Shown here one piece after another: positions 1 to 9,483 of a stretch of 57,823 nt of DNA; the first letter of the stretch is position 1, and the number at the start of each line of letters is the position of its first letter. The notes below the pieces were generated by a model. It did no database searches. It saw nothing but the letters and a program-made list of their open reading frames with translations, and had not been told where the DNA came from. The position numbers and the translations under genes were made by a program. The DNA is taken from the IMG/VR virus record IMGVR_UViG_3300008954_002723, positions 1 to 57,823 of that record; one strand, given 5' to 3'. The DNA is from a virus. Its lineage: Duplodnaviria; Caudoviricetes.

Positions 1-186
1 AAACGTAAATGGCTTACTTATGATAGTATATTAGAAGAGCTAGATAAAATGGGCGAATTTAAATTAGGGGATGAAATAAAATATAGAATTACCGACAAAG
101 AAAACGATAGAAAAGTATTTTTAACTACCCTAGATAAAATAAATCCAAAATCAGTAAGGTTAAATTTGTTAATTAATTCAATTTAA
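1..186 (+). CDS. 3' end of a hypothetical protein (partial)
   Basis: Open frame KRKWLTYDSILEE...LLINSI ending in TAA at 184-186. Confidence 0.6.
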   Translation, partial: KRKWLTYDSILEELDKMGEFKLGDEIKYRITDKENDRKVFLTTLDKINPKSVRLNLLINSI

Positions 187-190
187 CGTA

Positions 191-197
191 TATTTAT
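191..197 (+). promoter_or_regulatory. Putative phage late promoter TATTTAT (representative copy)
   Basis: TATTTAT 15 nt upstream of ATG 213; the same motif precedes most structural genes (see findings). Confidence 0.6.
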
Positions 198-212
198 ATA
201 AAAATATTAAAA

Positions 213-1835
213 ATGAAATATATAGTAACGGAAAGTCAATATAAAGTATTAATTAAAGAGGATAGGGTCTCATATTTGAAAAGTCAGAATGTGATAGATA
301 AAAAACTGTTGGATGATAACAGTGAAGGTGAAGATGAAAAAGATGGTACACGGCCAGCAGGGGGAATGAGAAAAAAAGTTAATATTGAAGCCATACAAGG
401 ACATGATGGTGTAGATATTGCCTATGTCGTTACAAATAAGAAGGGGAAAACATCTATTAAACTTACTGAAGAAATATTTAATGATATTGTAGAAGCTGAT
501 CCCACACAGAAGAAAGAATTCGTTCAATGGATGATTCAAGTGTTTGGTAGGCATATTAAAGATAACGATATCGATCAAGCAGTAAGGTTTTTAACTGAAG
601 ATTTACCCGAAGCAAATGAATATTTAGGGGTATTTGATGGTGTAAGAAAGAAAAAAGTTTTTAAAAGTGGTGCACCTAATAGACCTAATGCACCGGAAAA
701 TGTAAGTGATATTAATCAATATAATGATTTAGCCCATTTATATTCTATAGTTAGTCCATTTATTGGGGCTGAGGATGATGGTGAAGGTGGTAACCCAATA
801 TGGAATAAGATGAAAAAATATATCGATTTAGGTCATGCAAAATTAGCTTATAGAGATAATGGAGTATTGGTTTATACTCCCCAAACAATAGAATCAAGTT
901 GTGAACCTTTAGGAAATTTAGCATCTTGGTGTACACGTAGAGAAGGAAATAGTTATTTTGATTCTTATAGAAGCAATAACCCTAAACCAGATGGGACACT
1001 TTCTGATTATTATGTGGTGATGCCTAAAGAATTATTTGATGGTGATGATGGTGAGGGTACCTTCCCTTTACAATTACATTTTGAATCTGGTCAATTACAT
1101 GATAAGAATAATCGAAGTATTGAAAGGGATAAATTACCCACAATCCTAGGAAAATATGAGGGACTAAAAGATTTCTTTAAACAAGAATTAGGTGCATTAG
1201 CGACTGCAGACATTAGACAAGGATCAGGATTAATGGATAGTAAATATATTAAATATCTTGCAATGTTTGGTGGTAAAGCCAAAGATGTTATAACTGATGA
1301 GGTTTATAAAGATGGGGTAGAAAGTATAAGACGACAAGCATCGGAAGATCAAGGACCTTTACAAAATAATAGATACCTTAAATGGTTAATGGAACATACT
1401 GATGGTGTTTTAATTACTGATTATCTTAATAAGGATATGGATGTATTAGATTTCAGTAATATGCCAATTAAAGAATTACCCGACCTTTCAGAATTTAAAA
1501 ATGCAACTAGAATATCCGCCAATAAATGTGGATTAATAAAAATTCCACCAGCGGATTACTTACCTAATGATATAGAGATATTTACTATGACAGATAACGA
1601 AATAAAAGAAGTACCATTACCAGGGTATGAAAAATTAACAAAATGTTTTGTAATGAATTTCGCCAAAAATCCTATTACTAAAATTAATATAGCACCCTTA
1701 GAAATATTAGTAAGAGAAAACTTAGCACGTTTTGTATTAGTAGGTGTAGATTTGGATAAATTATCACCAGCAAATAGGAAAGCATATGATGCATTTGAGG
1801 CGGATCCCGATGGTATAGGTTATTTAACCGCATAA
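213..1835 (+). CDS. Putative virion-internal protein with a central 'WCT' domain and C-terminal leucine-rich repeats
   Basis: N-term MKYIVTESQYKVLIKE; LASWCTR...QLHFESGQ; LRR-like periodicity LDFSNMPIKELPD, ISANKCGLIKIP, FTMTDNEIKEVP, MNFAKNPITKI. Confidence 0.6.
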   Translation: MKYIVTESQYKVLIKEDRVSYLKSQNVIDKKLLDDNSEGEDEKDGTRPAGGMRKKVNIEAIQGHDGVDIAYVVTNKKGKTSIKLTEEIFNDIVEADPTQKKEFVQWMIQVFGRHIKDNDIDQAVRFLTEDLPEANEYLGVFDGVRKKKVFKSGAPNRPNAPENVSDINQYNDLAHLYSIVSPFIGAEDDGEGGNPIWNKMKKYIDLGHAKLAYRDNGVLVYTPQTIESSCEPLGNLASWCTRREGNSYFDSYRSNNPKPDGTLSDYYVVMPKELFDGDDGEGTFPLQLHFESGQLHDKNNRSIERDKLPTILGKYEGLKDFFKQELGALATADIRQGSGLMDSKYIKYLAMFGGKAKDVITDEVYKDGVESIRRQASEDQGPLQNNRYLKWLMEHTDGVLITDYLNKDMDVLDFSNMPIKELPDLSEFKNATRISANKCGLIKIPPADYLPNDIEIFTMTDNEIKEVPLPGYEKLTKCFVMNFAKNPITKINIAPLEILVRENLARFVLVGVDLDKLSPANRKAYDAFEADPDGIGYLTA

Positions 1836-1880
1836 TTTGTTTTATTAAAATATTTTTCCTATCTTTATAAAAAAAGTTTT

Positions 1881-2036
1881 ATGGAGAAATTTGGTCTTTG
1901 TCTTAAATCCACAGGAGAGATAATCAATATATGTTTAACATCTAGTGTTAATGAAGCAATTAATTATTTCGCCATAATTAAACGTATAGATTCTTTTACA
2001 CTTTTAGATATTTTTGATGTTAAGAAAATAAAGTAA
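1881..2036 (+). CDS. Small hypothetical protein (51 aa), not in the ORF track
   Basis: MEKFGLCLKSTGEIINIC...FDVKKIK*; fills the gap; upstream TTTG...TATCTTTA host-like promoter variant. Confidence 0.6.
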   Translation: MEKFGLCLKSTGEIINICLTSSVNEAINYFAIIKRIDSFTLLDIFDVKKIK

Positions 2037-2135
2037 GTCTACTTATTTTTATCTTTTTTGTTATATTTATAATATAAATGGTAATGGACCTCATATGTCC
2101 TTCACTTAATAACAGTATTTTATAAAAATAATACA

Positions 2136-2282
2136 ATGTCAAAAAAAACTAAAAAAGTAATTAGATTAACTGAAAGCGAAATGGTTGACCTAATCGAGGG
2201 TATAGTAAACCAAGTAAAATCTACTAAAAGAAAAGCAATACAAGAATCCAGAAGTAAGAGACCTATAAAACGTAGGAAATAA
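2136..2282 (+). CDS. Small basic protein (48 aa) with a KVIRLTESE motif, not in the ORF track
   Basis: MSKKTKKVIRLTESEMVDLIEGIVNQVKSTKRKAIQESRSKRPIKRRK*; preceded by TATTTAT at 2064. Confidence 0.75.
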   Translation: MSKKTKKVIRLTESEMVDLIEGIVNQVKSTKRKAIQESRSKRPIKRRK

Positions 2283-2291
2283 TTATTTTAA

Positions 2292-3953
2292 ATGAAACCG
2301 TTAACTCCGCAAGAAAAACGCATGAGAGAACTCATGGAATTTACCTATGAGGACAATTCTCATGATATATTGGCAGAACACAATCTTAATTTTGTAGAAG
2401 TTTTTAATAATCCTTTATTAAAAGAACAAGAAAAGGGAAAAACTTTGGACCAAGGTATAACCAAAGGGGCAGATGGAAATCCCGATTGGGAGTGGATCAA
2501 AAAAGAACTTAAATCGGCAAAAACTATCACAAACATAAAACCTATATGTTTTGATGTGGGTAGTGATGGTGAAAGAATTGATGGTAATTTTGCCGCAAAA
2601 GTAACTAGTGGTAGTAATGCGGTTAAAGTTTTTATTAATCAATTAAAAAATGCAATTGCATCAGATCCGGAGGCACAAAAATATTTAAAAGAAGGTGGTA
2701 AATTTACTATACAATCAATGGATTTAATTGCTGGTGCCAGTAACTCCTTAAATGGTAGTGTTACACCTACTATGGATAATAATTATAATCCTAAAAAATA
2801 TAGTGATGAAGGATATACCCATAAAAATAATAGTGAAACTTGGAAAAAGAATTTACAATATGCTATAGACCGAGGTAATGCAGTGGCGGAAGAATTAAAA
2901 AAATCTCTTCCAAAAGAAGGTATTAATATTACAGAGGAAGGTATTAAAGTTACTCCGTTCATTATCGATACAGGTGGGGTAATAGATGGAGCTAAGGGAC
3001 ACTTACCTAATAATGGGCAAGTAGTTAGGGTATGGATGAAAGTATGTTGGGAGAAAACTGAAACTACTCGGACCCCTGCTTTAATAGAAGAATTTAAACG
3101 ATGTATGGGGGGTATAACGGTAGAAGTAAATTATGAGGGTACAGGACATAAGTGTAATCATGCCACGTTTAAAATATTTGCTAATGGGGTACCCTTAAAA
3201 AGGACTGGATTTGGTGTGAGTAGTGGTTCTATTACTCCGTCTCCCAGTGAATATGCTGATTTAAATAATGGGTCCAAAGATGATCTAGTCTTAAAAGAGA
3301 GACCTAGAGGAACTGCTGGAGGATCACGATTTAATCAATTTAGAATAGAGGGAGAAGAATTAGGTAAATTATTAACAGTAGAAAACTTAAGAAAATTTAA
3401 AGGAGATTTACAAATACAAGCAGAATGTATTAATACCCCAAATGTTACAAGTGATTTATGGGCTGATAAAAGAAAAAAATTATATTCTATAGATAATCTA
3501 CTTTTACCCCCAATGTTTAATTCTACTCGATTAAATAGATTAATTTATCTATATGGAAAAGATGGGAAGATAAAAACTACTAGTATGATAAATTGGATGA
3601 GGGAAAATATTGAGGAATTCAAAGATAAAAATACTTCTACAATTAAAAAATTAGTAGGACTTAGTAGTGATGCTAATTCTGAAGATATAATTAAAAAATT
3701 AAGTAAAAATGGAAGGATTACTAGCGAACCTAATCCTAAAATACCTAAAGGAAAAGACTCCTCTTTTGGATGTCATAAAGGAGTTGCGGAAGTAAATGTA
3801 ATTCAAAATGGTAGAGAGATAGATACTCAAAATGTGACTACTCCTCGGTTTGCTGACGATACTATTTATACATTAGGACCAGTAATGGAGGCGTGTAGTG
3901 CTAAATGGAACCAATTAGTTAAAGCTTCCTCACAACATAATCAACAAGGTTAA
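2292..3953 (+). CDS. Hypothetical protein, putative virion-internal
   Basis: 553-aa ORF; N-terminal EKRMRELM and LLKEQ motifs shared with other late proteins. Confidence 0.6.
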   Translation: MKPLTPQEKRMRELMEFTYEDNSHDILAEHNLNFVEVFNNPLLKEQEKGKTLDQGITKGADGNPDWEWIKKELKSAKTITNIKPICFDVGSDGERIDGNFAAKVTSGSNAVKVFINQLKNAIASDPEAQKYLKEGGKFTIQSMDLIAGASNSLNGSVTPTMDNNYNPKKYSDEGYTHKNNSETWKKNLQYAIDRGNAVAEELKKSLPKEGINITEEGIKVTPFIIDTGGVIDGAKGHLPNNGQVVRVWMKVCWEKTETTRTPALIEEFKRCMGGITVEVNYEGTGHKCNHATFKIFANGVPLKRTGFGVSSGSITPSPSEYADLNNGSKDDLVLKERPRGTAGGSRFNQFRIEGEELGKLLTVENLRKFKGDLQIQAECINTPNVTSDLWADKRKKLYSIDNLLLPPMFNSTRLNRLIYLYGKDGKIKTTSMINWMRENIEEFKDKNTSTIKKLVGLSSDANSEDIIKKLSKNGRITSEPNPKIPKGKDSSFGCHKGVAEVNVIQNGREIDTQNVTTPRFADDTIYTLGPVMEACSAKWNQLVKASSQHNQQG

Positions 3954-4618
3954 TTATATAATCTTTTTATTATTTCCTTATCTATGTCGGCGAATTCCGT
4001 AATAGGAATATATTTAGATTCTTGGAATATACTCATAGGATAACTATAACTATCATTTACAAACCCTAATGATTGGGTAATTTCTTCTCTTAATGTACAT
4101 CTCATTTCTTTTTCTAATCTAGAATTACTCCATTTATTATTTACTCCTTGTTCTTTTAAATAAACAATATCGACAAAACATAACGAAATACAAATTTCTT
4201 TTAAATTCCCTAATATAGATGCAAAACCATAAGGTTTAGTGCCACCATTTTCTATTAAATTATGATATTGTAAATTATGATGTTCATATTCTTTTCCATT
4301 TCCTATGAATAATTTACAATTAGCGGTAGATGAATCAGTGGTAATATAAATGTTTATTGGATCAATTAGATCATTTAACTCTTTTACTACAATTTCTAAT
4401 TCTTTAATTAAAAAATCTATTTTTTCCCCATAGAGATAAATATAGACATCCTTATTCCATTTCCATTGTTGTGTAGTATCAGGAACCCAATCATTAGTAT
4501 TATTATCCCATACCCATAAATCTTTTGTTATTTCTTTATAATAATGATAAATAGAATCTTCTTGAGAATACCCTTCTAAGGATAATACTATTAATAAAAA
4601 TGTAATTAATTTTTTCAT
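3950..4618 (-). CDS. Secreted DUF2927-like (zincin-like) protein
   Basis: Likely start MKKLITFLLIVLSLEGYSQ (Bacteroidota-type signal peptide); motif REEITQSLGFVNDS. Confidence 0.6.
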   Translation of the reverse strand: MKKLITFLLIVLSLEGYSQEDSIYHYYKEITKDLWVWDNNTNDWVPDTTQQWKWNKDVYIYLYGEKIDFLIKELEIVVKELNDLIDPINIYITTDSSTANCKLFIGNGKEYEHHNLQYHNLIENGGTKPYGFASILGNLKEICISLCFVDIVYLKEQGVNNKWSNSRLEKEMRCTLREEITQSLGFVNDSYSYPMSIFQESKYIPITEFADIDKEIIKRLYN

Positions 4619-4633
4619 GATGTTTGATTTATA

Positions 4634-4665
4634 CAAATATACGATAAAAAAATTAAACTGCCAAA
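4634..4665 (-). promoter_or_regulatory. Bacteroidota primary-sigma-type (early) promoter
   Basis: Minus strand TTTGGCAGTTTAA...TATATTTG: TTTG, 20-nt spacer, TAnnTTTG; same cassette as 55745 and 57312. Confidence 0.75.
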
Positions 4666-4681
4666 TAAAAAACGAATAAAA

Positions 4682-7147
4682 TTACATTAATTTTATCTCT
4701 ACTTTTTCCTTAACTTTACTATAAGATACGGCGATAATCTGCCCCTTTTTAACATTCTCTTTTAAGATCTCTTCTGAAATGGGATCCTCAATAAATTTTT
4801 GTATTGCTCTATTTAATGGTCTCGCCCCATATTCTTCATCATATCCGGCTTCTGCAAGAAAGTCTTTAGTAGATTTCATTATTTTAACTGAATATCCTAA
4901 TTCTTTAACTCTTTCTATTAATTTTTTTAGTTCCAGATCAACAATTACTCTTATTTCGTTTTCCTTTAATGAATTAAAGATTACTACATCATCCAGTCTA
5001 TTTAAAAATTCCGGTGGAAAGTGTTTCTTCAGTTCTTTACTTAAAAATTCACTTTTCTTAGCATCTTTAGTTACACTTAATGATTTAGTGCTAAATCCTA
5101 CCCCCGTACCAAATTCTTGTAATCTTTTAATTCCTATATTAGAAGTCATAATTACTATACAGTTTTTGAAATTCACTTTCCTCCCGATACTATCCGTTAA
5201 TTGACCATCATCTAAAAGTTGTAGGAGAATATTATAAACATCTTTATTAGCTTTCTCTATTTCATCAAATAAAATAATGGAATAAGGTTTTCTTCTAACT
5301 TTTTCAGTTAATTGACCACCTTCTTCATGTCCTACATATCCTGGAGGTGCTCCTATCATTCGTGATACTGCGTGTTTTTCTTGATATTCTGACATATCAA
5401 TCCTTATAAGTGATTCCTCATTACCAAACATGTATTGTGCCAATCTTTTGGCTAAGTGAGTTTTCCCTGTACCTGTTGGACCTAAAAACATAAAGGTACC
5501 TATAGGTTTTTTAGGGTTACGGATACCTACCCTATTTCTTCTTAATGATTTAGCAATTTTAATTACTGCATCATCTTGCCCCACTACACTTCCTTTCATT
5601 TCTTTTTCCATATCCAACAATCTCTTACCTTCATCACTAGAAAGTCGTTTTAGTGGAATCCCTGTCATTATGGCGACTACTTCACTAACATCGTCAGGAG
5701 TTATAATAGTACGTTTTTTATTTAATTTATTTTTCCAGTTTTCCTTCTCAATTTCTAATTGGTCTGTAACCTTTCTTTCTTTATCTCTTAATTTGGCAGC
5801 TTCTTCATATTTTTGACTTTTAACTACCTGATTTTTATCTTCTTTAATTTTTACTATTGCTTCTTCTAATTCAGTAATAACAGGGGGTGGTTTTGCATTA
5901 ACTTGGGATCGAGCTCCTACTTCATCCATTATATCAATCGCTTTATCCGGAAATTCTCTATCGGTTATATATCTATCAGATAATTTTACACATTGATCCA
6001 CCGTTTCAGGTGAATAAGTAACTTTATGGAATAATTCATATGATCCCTTTATTTTGTTTAATATTTCTATAGTTTCCTGAATTGATGGTGGTTCAATAAT
6101 AACTTGTTGAAATCTTCTGGTTAACGCCCCATCCTTTTCAATATTCTCTCTAAATTCATCTAAGGTGGTAGCACCAATAATTTGTATATCACCCCGAGAT
6201 AATGCTGGTTTAAATACATTGGCAGCATCCATAGCGCCACTTGCATTACCCGCACCAACTAAAGTATGAAGTTCATCAATAAATAATATTATATTATCAG
6301 TAATCATTAGTTCATCTACAACACCTTTAATTCTTTCCTCAAATTGTCCTCTATATTTGGTACCTGCAACTAAAGAAGTTAAATCTAATGAAATAATTCT
6401 TTTATCTAATAATGTGCGGGGAGCATCTCCTTCATTAATTTTAAGTGCTAATCCTTCTATTACTGTAGTTTTTCCTACTCCAGGATCCCCAATTAATACC
6501 GGATTATTTTTCTTTTTACGAGAGAGAATTTGTGCAACTCTTTGAATTACATCATCTCTACCAATTACAGGATCAATTTTACCTTCAGATGCTCTTTTAG
6601 TTATATCCACTGAAAAATTATCTAATATAGGTGTGCTGGAATTTTTATTTTTTCTTCTCGGAGGTCTATTAAATAATTCTCCTGAATCATCATCTATAGA
6701 ATCAAAACTTCCTTCTATTAAATGTTTTCTTACCATACCATTATAATTTTCATAGTTAATTCCCATTTTATTTAAAATTTTACTTACCGTATTTTTTTCT
6801 TTTAAAATAGATAACATTATATGGGGGGTGTCTAAATAATCTTCTTTTAGTTTATCACATTCCACTTCAGAATCTTTTATTATTTTTTTGGTGTATTCTG
6901 ACATGGGAACTAAAGAATTAGTAAAGTTATCACTTTTTTTTGTTTTAACCAAATAATTTTCAATTTTTTTATGTAGATCATCTACATCTATTTCTAATTC
7001 TATTAAAAATTTTATTGCTTCATTATCATAATCATTAATTAAGGCAGTTATTAAATGTTCTACTTTTATTTCATCATCATTATAAAGTTTAGCTTCTTCA
7101 ATAGACTTATTAATTATTTTTTTAACCTTTGGTTGTACTTTTTTCAT
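4682..7147 (-). CDS. clpC: ATP-dependent Clp protease ATP-binding subunit ClpC
   Basis: Clp_N repeats, Walker A GDPGVGKT and GPTGTGKT, Walker B LFIDELH and LFDEIEK, UVR-like middle coil (QKYEEAAKLRD), ClpP-docking loop GVGF, C-terminal GARPL. Confidence 0.95.
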   Translation of the reverse strand: MKKVQPKVKKIINKSIEEAKLYNDDEIKVEHLITALINDYDNEAIKFLIELEIDVDDLHKKIENYLVKTKKSDNFTNSLVPMSEYTKKIIKDSEVECDKLKEDYLDTPHIMLSILKEKNTVSKILNKMGINYENYNGMVRKHLIEGSFDSIDDDSGELFNRPPRRKNKNSSTPILDNFSVDITKRASEGKIDPVIGRDDVIQRVAQILSRKKKNNPVLIGDPGVGKTTVIEGLALKINEGDAPRTLLDKRIISLDLTSLVAGTKYRGQFEERIKGVVDELMITDNIILFIDELHTLVGAGNASGAMDAANVFKPALSRGDIQIIGATTLDEFRENIEKDGALTRRFQQVIIEPPSIQETIEILNKIKGSYELFHKVTYSPETVDQCVKLSDRYITDREFPDKAIDIMDEVGARSQVNAKPPPVITELEEAIVKIKEDKNQVVKSQKYEEAAKLRDKERKVTDQLEIEKENWKNKLNKKRTIITPDDVSEVVAIMTGIPLKRLSSDEGKRLLDMEKEMKGSVVGQDDAVIKIAKSLRRNRVGIRNPKKPIGTFMFLGPTGTGKTHLAKRLAQYMFGNEESLIRIDMSEYQEKHAVSRMIGAPPGYVGHEEGGQLTEKVRRKPYSIILFDEIEKANKDVYNILLQLLDDGQLTDSIGRKVNFKNCIVIMTSNIGIKRLQEFGTGVGFSTKSLSVTKDAKKSEFLSKELKKHFPPEFLNRLDDVVIFNSLKENEIRVIVDLELKKLIERVKELGYSVKIMKSTKDFLAEAGYDEEYGARPLNRAIQKFIEDPISEEILKENVKKGQIIAVSYSKVKEKVEIKLM

Positions 7148-7153
7148 CCTACA

Positions 7154-7185
7154 TTTGTTTTTTTAAATAAATATCATTACTTTTG
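7154..7185 (+). promoter_or_regulatory. Host-type promoter for the MTase, overlapping a minus-strand TATTTAT (7167-7173) upstream of clpC
   Basis: TTTG 7154-7157, 20-nt spacer, TACTTTTG 7178-7185. Confidence 0.6.
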
Positions 7186-8130
7186 TTAACATATAACCCA
7201 AAAATTATGGAAAGTAAATATAAATTAGTGTTAGGTAACACAAAAATCGTGCTGGACGAGATGATCACAAAAAATCAAAAAGTAGATATGATTTTTACAT
7301 CTCCACCTTATTATGCAATGAGAAAAAATTATAGTGGTAATAGTGATGGAGAAGTTGGTTCTATCCATGTAGATGATTATGTAGAATGGTTTTTAGAATT
7401 TACGGACAAATTTCTCCAAGTATTAGAACCTGATGGAAGTTTTTTCTTAAATATTAATGATAAAATAGATAATGGAGTAGTCCATCCGGTTTTAGATGAA
7501 TTAAAATATAAAATGAGAAAACAGGGGTGGTATATGGTAGCCAAACCTTATATATGGTTTAAAAAACAATCTATGCCAACCAATTGTAAATATAGAGCGA
7601 TAGATAGATATGAATACGTTTTTCATTTCTCTCCTACTACTAAACCTAAATTTCGCGCAGATAATTGTAGAGTACCTCATTCTGAAGTAACAAAAAGAAG
7701 AATGAAAACCCCAGTGCCTACTATAAATTCTAGAGATGGAGTATATGAACATACCACTATTAAATTAAACGAAAAAGGCGCGTTACCTCATAATGTAGTT
7801 ATAACGGCAGCAGAATCTAATCCAAGTGTTTTACATCCCGCTCCTTTTCATGTCGAATTAGCTGAATGGTTTGTTAAAATAGGAAGTGATGAAGGGGATA
7901 TTGTGTTAGATCCATTTGCTGGGTCTTCTACTACCGGTGTAGCTGCCTTAAAACATAAAAGAAAATTTATTGGTATTGATCTCGTAGATTTTAATATTGA
8001 TTTTGGGGAAAAAAGAATTAAACATTTACTTTCCACTGGAGAGTGTTACATTCCCAAAAATAAATTAGCCTACTATGACATAGATGTTAATTATTATAAG
8101 GTTAAAGGGAAACATATTAATAACCCTTAA
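7183..8130 (+). CDS. Orphan beta-class DNA methyltransferase (probably N4-cytosine)
   Basis: Motif IV TSPPY precedes motif I VLDPFAGSST; HPAPF; probable start MESKYK a few codons into the ORF. Confidence 0.9.
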   Translation: MLTYNPKIMESKYKLVLGNTKIVLDEMITKNQKVDMIFTSPPYYAMRKNYSGNSDGEVGSIHVDDYVEWFLEFTDKFLQVLEPDGSFFLNINDKIDNGVVHPVLDELKYKMRKQGWYMVAKPYIWFKKQSMPTNCKYRAIDRYEYVFHFSPTTKPKFRADNCRVPHSEVTKRRMKTPVPTINSRDGVYEHTTIKLNEKGALPHNVVITAAESNPSVLHPAPFHVELAEWFVKIGSDEGDIVLDPFAGSSTTGVAALKHKRKFIGIDLVDFNIDFGEKRIKHLLSTGECYIPKNKLAYYDIDVNYYKVKGKHINNP

Positions 8131-8171
8131 TGACATTTTGACATAAAATTTCTAGTGGCATTTATTTTGAT
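8131..8171 (+). promoter_or_regulatory. Putative sigma54-like -24/-12 element with an upstream TGACA repeat, ahead of hsp20
   Basis: TGACATTTTGACA (8131-8143), then TGGCAT-N5-TTGAT (8156-8171). Confidence 0.45.
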
Positions 8172-8212
8172 ATAAAAAAATAAATAATAATAAAATTAAA
8201 AAAAATTAAAAA

Positions 8213-8674
8213 ATGAGAAACAATTTTAATGAATTTTTAAGAGATTTTTTTAACGAAGATTTCTTTTGGAGTAATTCTACTCATAATCCATTTCTAAGAG
8301 GATTAACAACTAATGTACCAGTAAATAGGAGAGAATACTCTCAGAATCTACCAACTACTAATGTATTTGAGGATGAATGGTCATATAAATATGAACTAGC
8401 TACGCCAGGATTTACTAAAAAAGATTTAACTGTAGAATTAGAAAATAATATGTTGGCAGTTAAAGGAGAAAGAGTAGTAGAACATAAAGATAATGGGGAA
8501 TATATTTCTAAAGAATATCACTCCACTAAATTCTATCGATCATTTCCTTTACCAGAAAATGTTGTAGCGGATGAAATTCACGCCAAAGTTACTAACGGTA
8601 TTACTACATTATTTTTACCTAAACTTACACCAACAAAAAACAAAAAAGAGAATAGAAAGATAGAGATTGCATAA
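8213..8674 (+). CDS. hsp20: Small heat-shock protein (Hsp20/alpha-crystallin)
   Basis: PTTNVFE...ELATPGFTKKDL...FYRSFPLPENV...AKVTNGITTLFLPK, C-terminal IEI motif. Confidence 0.93.
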   Translation: MRNNFNEFLRDFFNEDFFWSNSTHNPFLRGLTTNVPVNRREYSQNLPTTNVFEDEWSYKYELATPGFTKKDLTVELENNMLAVKGERVVEHKDNGEYISKEYHSTKFYRSFPLPENVVADEIHAKVTNGITTLFLPKLTPTKNKKENRKIEIA

Positions 8675-8696
8675 TCTATTTTATAATACATAAAAG

Positions 8697-8722
8697 GACC
8701 ACATTACTAATGTGGTTTTTTT
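8697..8722 (+). terminator. Rho-independent terminator
   Basis: GACCACATT-ACT-AATGTGGTT followed by a T-run. Confidence 0.8.
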
Positions 8723-8772
8723 ATGCCTCATAATTTTGATTTTTAGAAAAAAAATAGTATATTTACAAAGTT

Positions 8773-9015
8773 ATGTCGCATACCGCACCGAAATTTAAAA
8801 AAATAATATTAATTTTAAAGGAAGATGGTTGGGAAGAATCTTCTCTTCCTTCTACCATTAAAATAGAACATGAGGATTGTGGTATGGTTATAACAGGTAA
8901 TTATGTTATCATTACTGAAGATCATACATCTAACATAATTGATAATCCATCTTCAGTTGTTGGTAAGATATATAAACTTAATAATCTTGATAGTTATAAA
9001 CTATATAATAATTAA
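8773..9015 (+). CDS. Hypothetical protein
   Basis: 80-aa ORF after the terminator, with a TTTG...TATATTTA promoter-like sequence upstream. Confidence 0.65.
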   Translation: MSHTAPKFKKIILILKEDGWEESSLPSTIKIEHEDCGMVITGNYVIITEDHTSNIIDNPSSVVGKIYKLNNLDSYKLYNN

Positions 9016-9018
9016 ATT

Positions 9019-9315
9019 ATGTTACTAAATAGACACGTAGACAAAGAATCCATAGAAAGTATATATGAATCTAGTAATATTTTAGCGTCCCGTTACAATA
9101 CTATTAGTCAAAAACTAGCCATCATATTTAAAGGTGGTAGACAATATCTGTATCATGATGTAAAAATAACTGATTATGAAATTTTTGAGAAGGCAGAAAG
9201 TCAAGGAAAAGTTTTAAATTCACATATTAAAAATCATAAGGCAGATAAAATAGAGGGGGTAGTAGACATAACCCCGATTTTAGAACAAATAGAGATATTA
9301 AAAGATAATCTATGA
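9019..9315 (+). CDS. KTSC domain protein
   Basis: SSNILASRYN...LAIIFKGGRQYLYHDV...YEIFEKAESQGKVLNSHIK matches the KTSC pattern. Confidence 0.85.
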   Translation: MLLNRHVDKESIESIYESSNILASRYNTISQKLAIIFKGGRQYLYHDVKITDYEIFEKAESQGKVLNSHIKNHKADKIEGVVDITPILEQIEILKDNL

Positions 9316-9482
9316 TGGTTACAGAAGAACAAAAACTATTAACACAGATGTATGAACTTCAAGATAAGTTAGAAAATTTATTGGAAGATCAACAGATGTA
9401 TGAAGAATTAACTTTACTAACTCAGATTATAGAAAAATTAGAATATAATATTATTAATAGCGTTGGTTCAGTAGGAATTTAA
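9312..9482 (+). CDS. Small coiled-coil hypothetical protein (56 aa), not in the ORF track
   Basis: MMVTEEQKLLTQMYELQDKLENLLE...SVGI*; ATGA overlap upstream, ends 1 nt before thyA. Confidence 0.65.
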   Translation: MMVTEEQKLLTQMYELQDKLENLLEDQQMYEELTLLTQIIEKLEYNIINSVGSVGI

Positions 9483-9483
9483 A

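Noticed and set aside
7183-8130. Restriction-modification system
   Set aside because: The flanking genes are clpC and hsp20, with no endonuclease; an orphan MTase.
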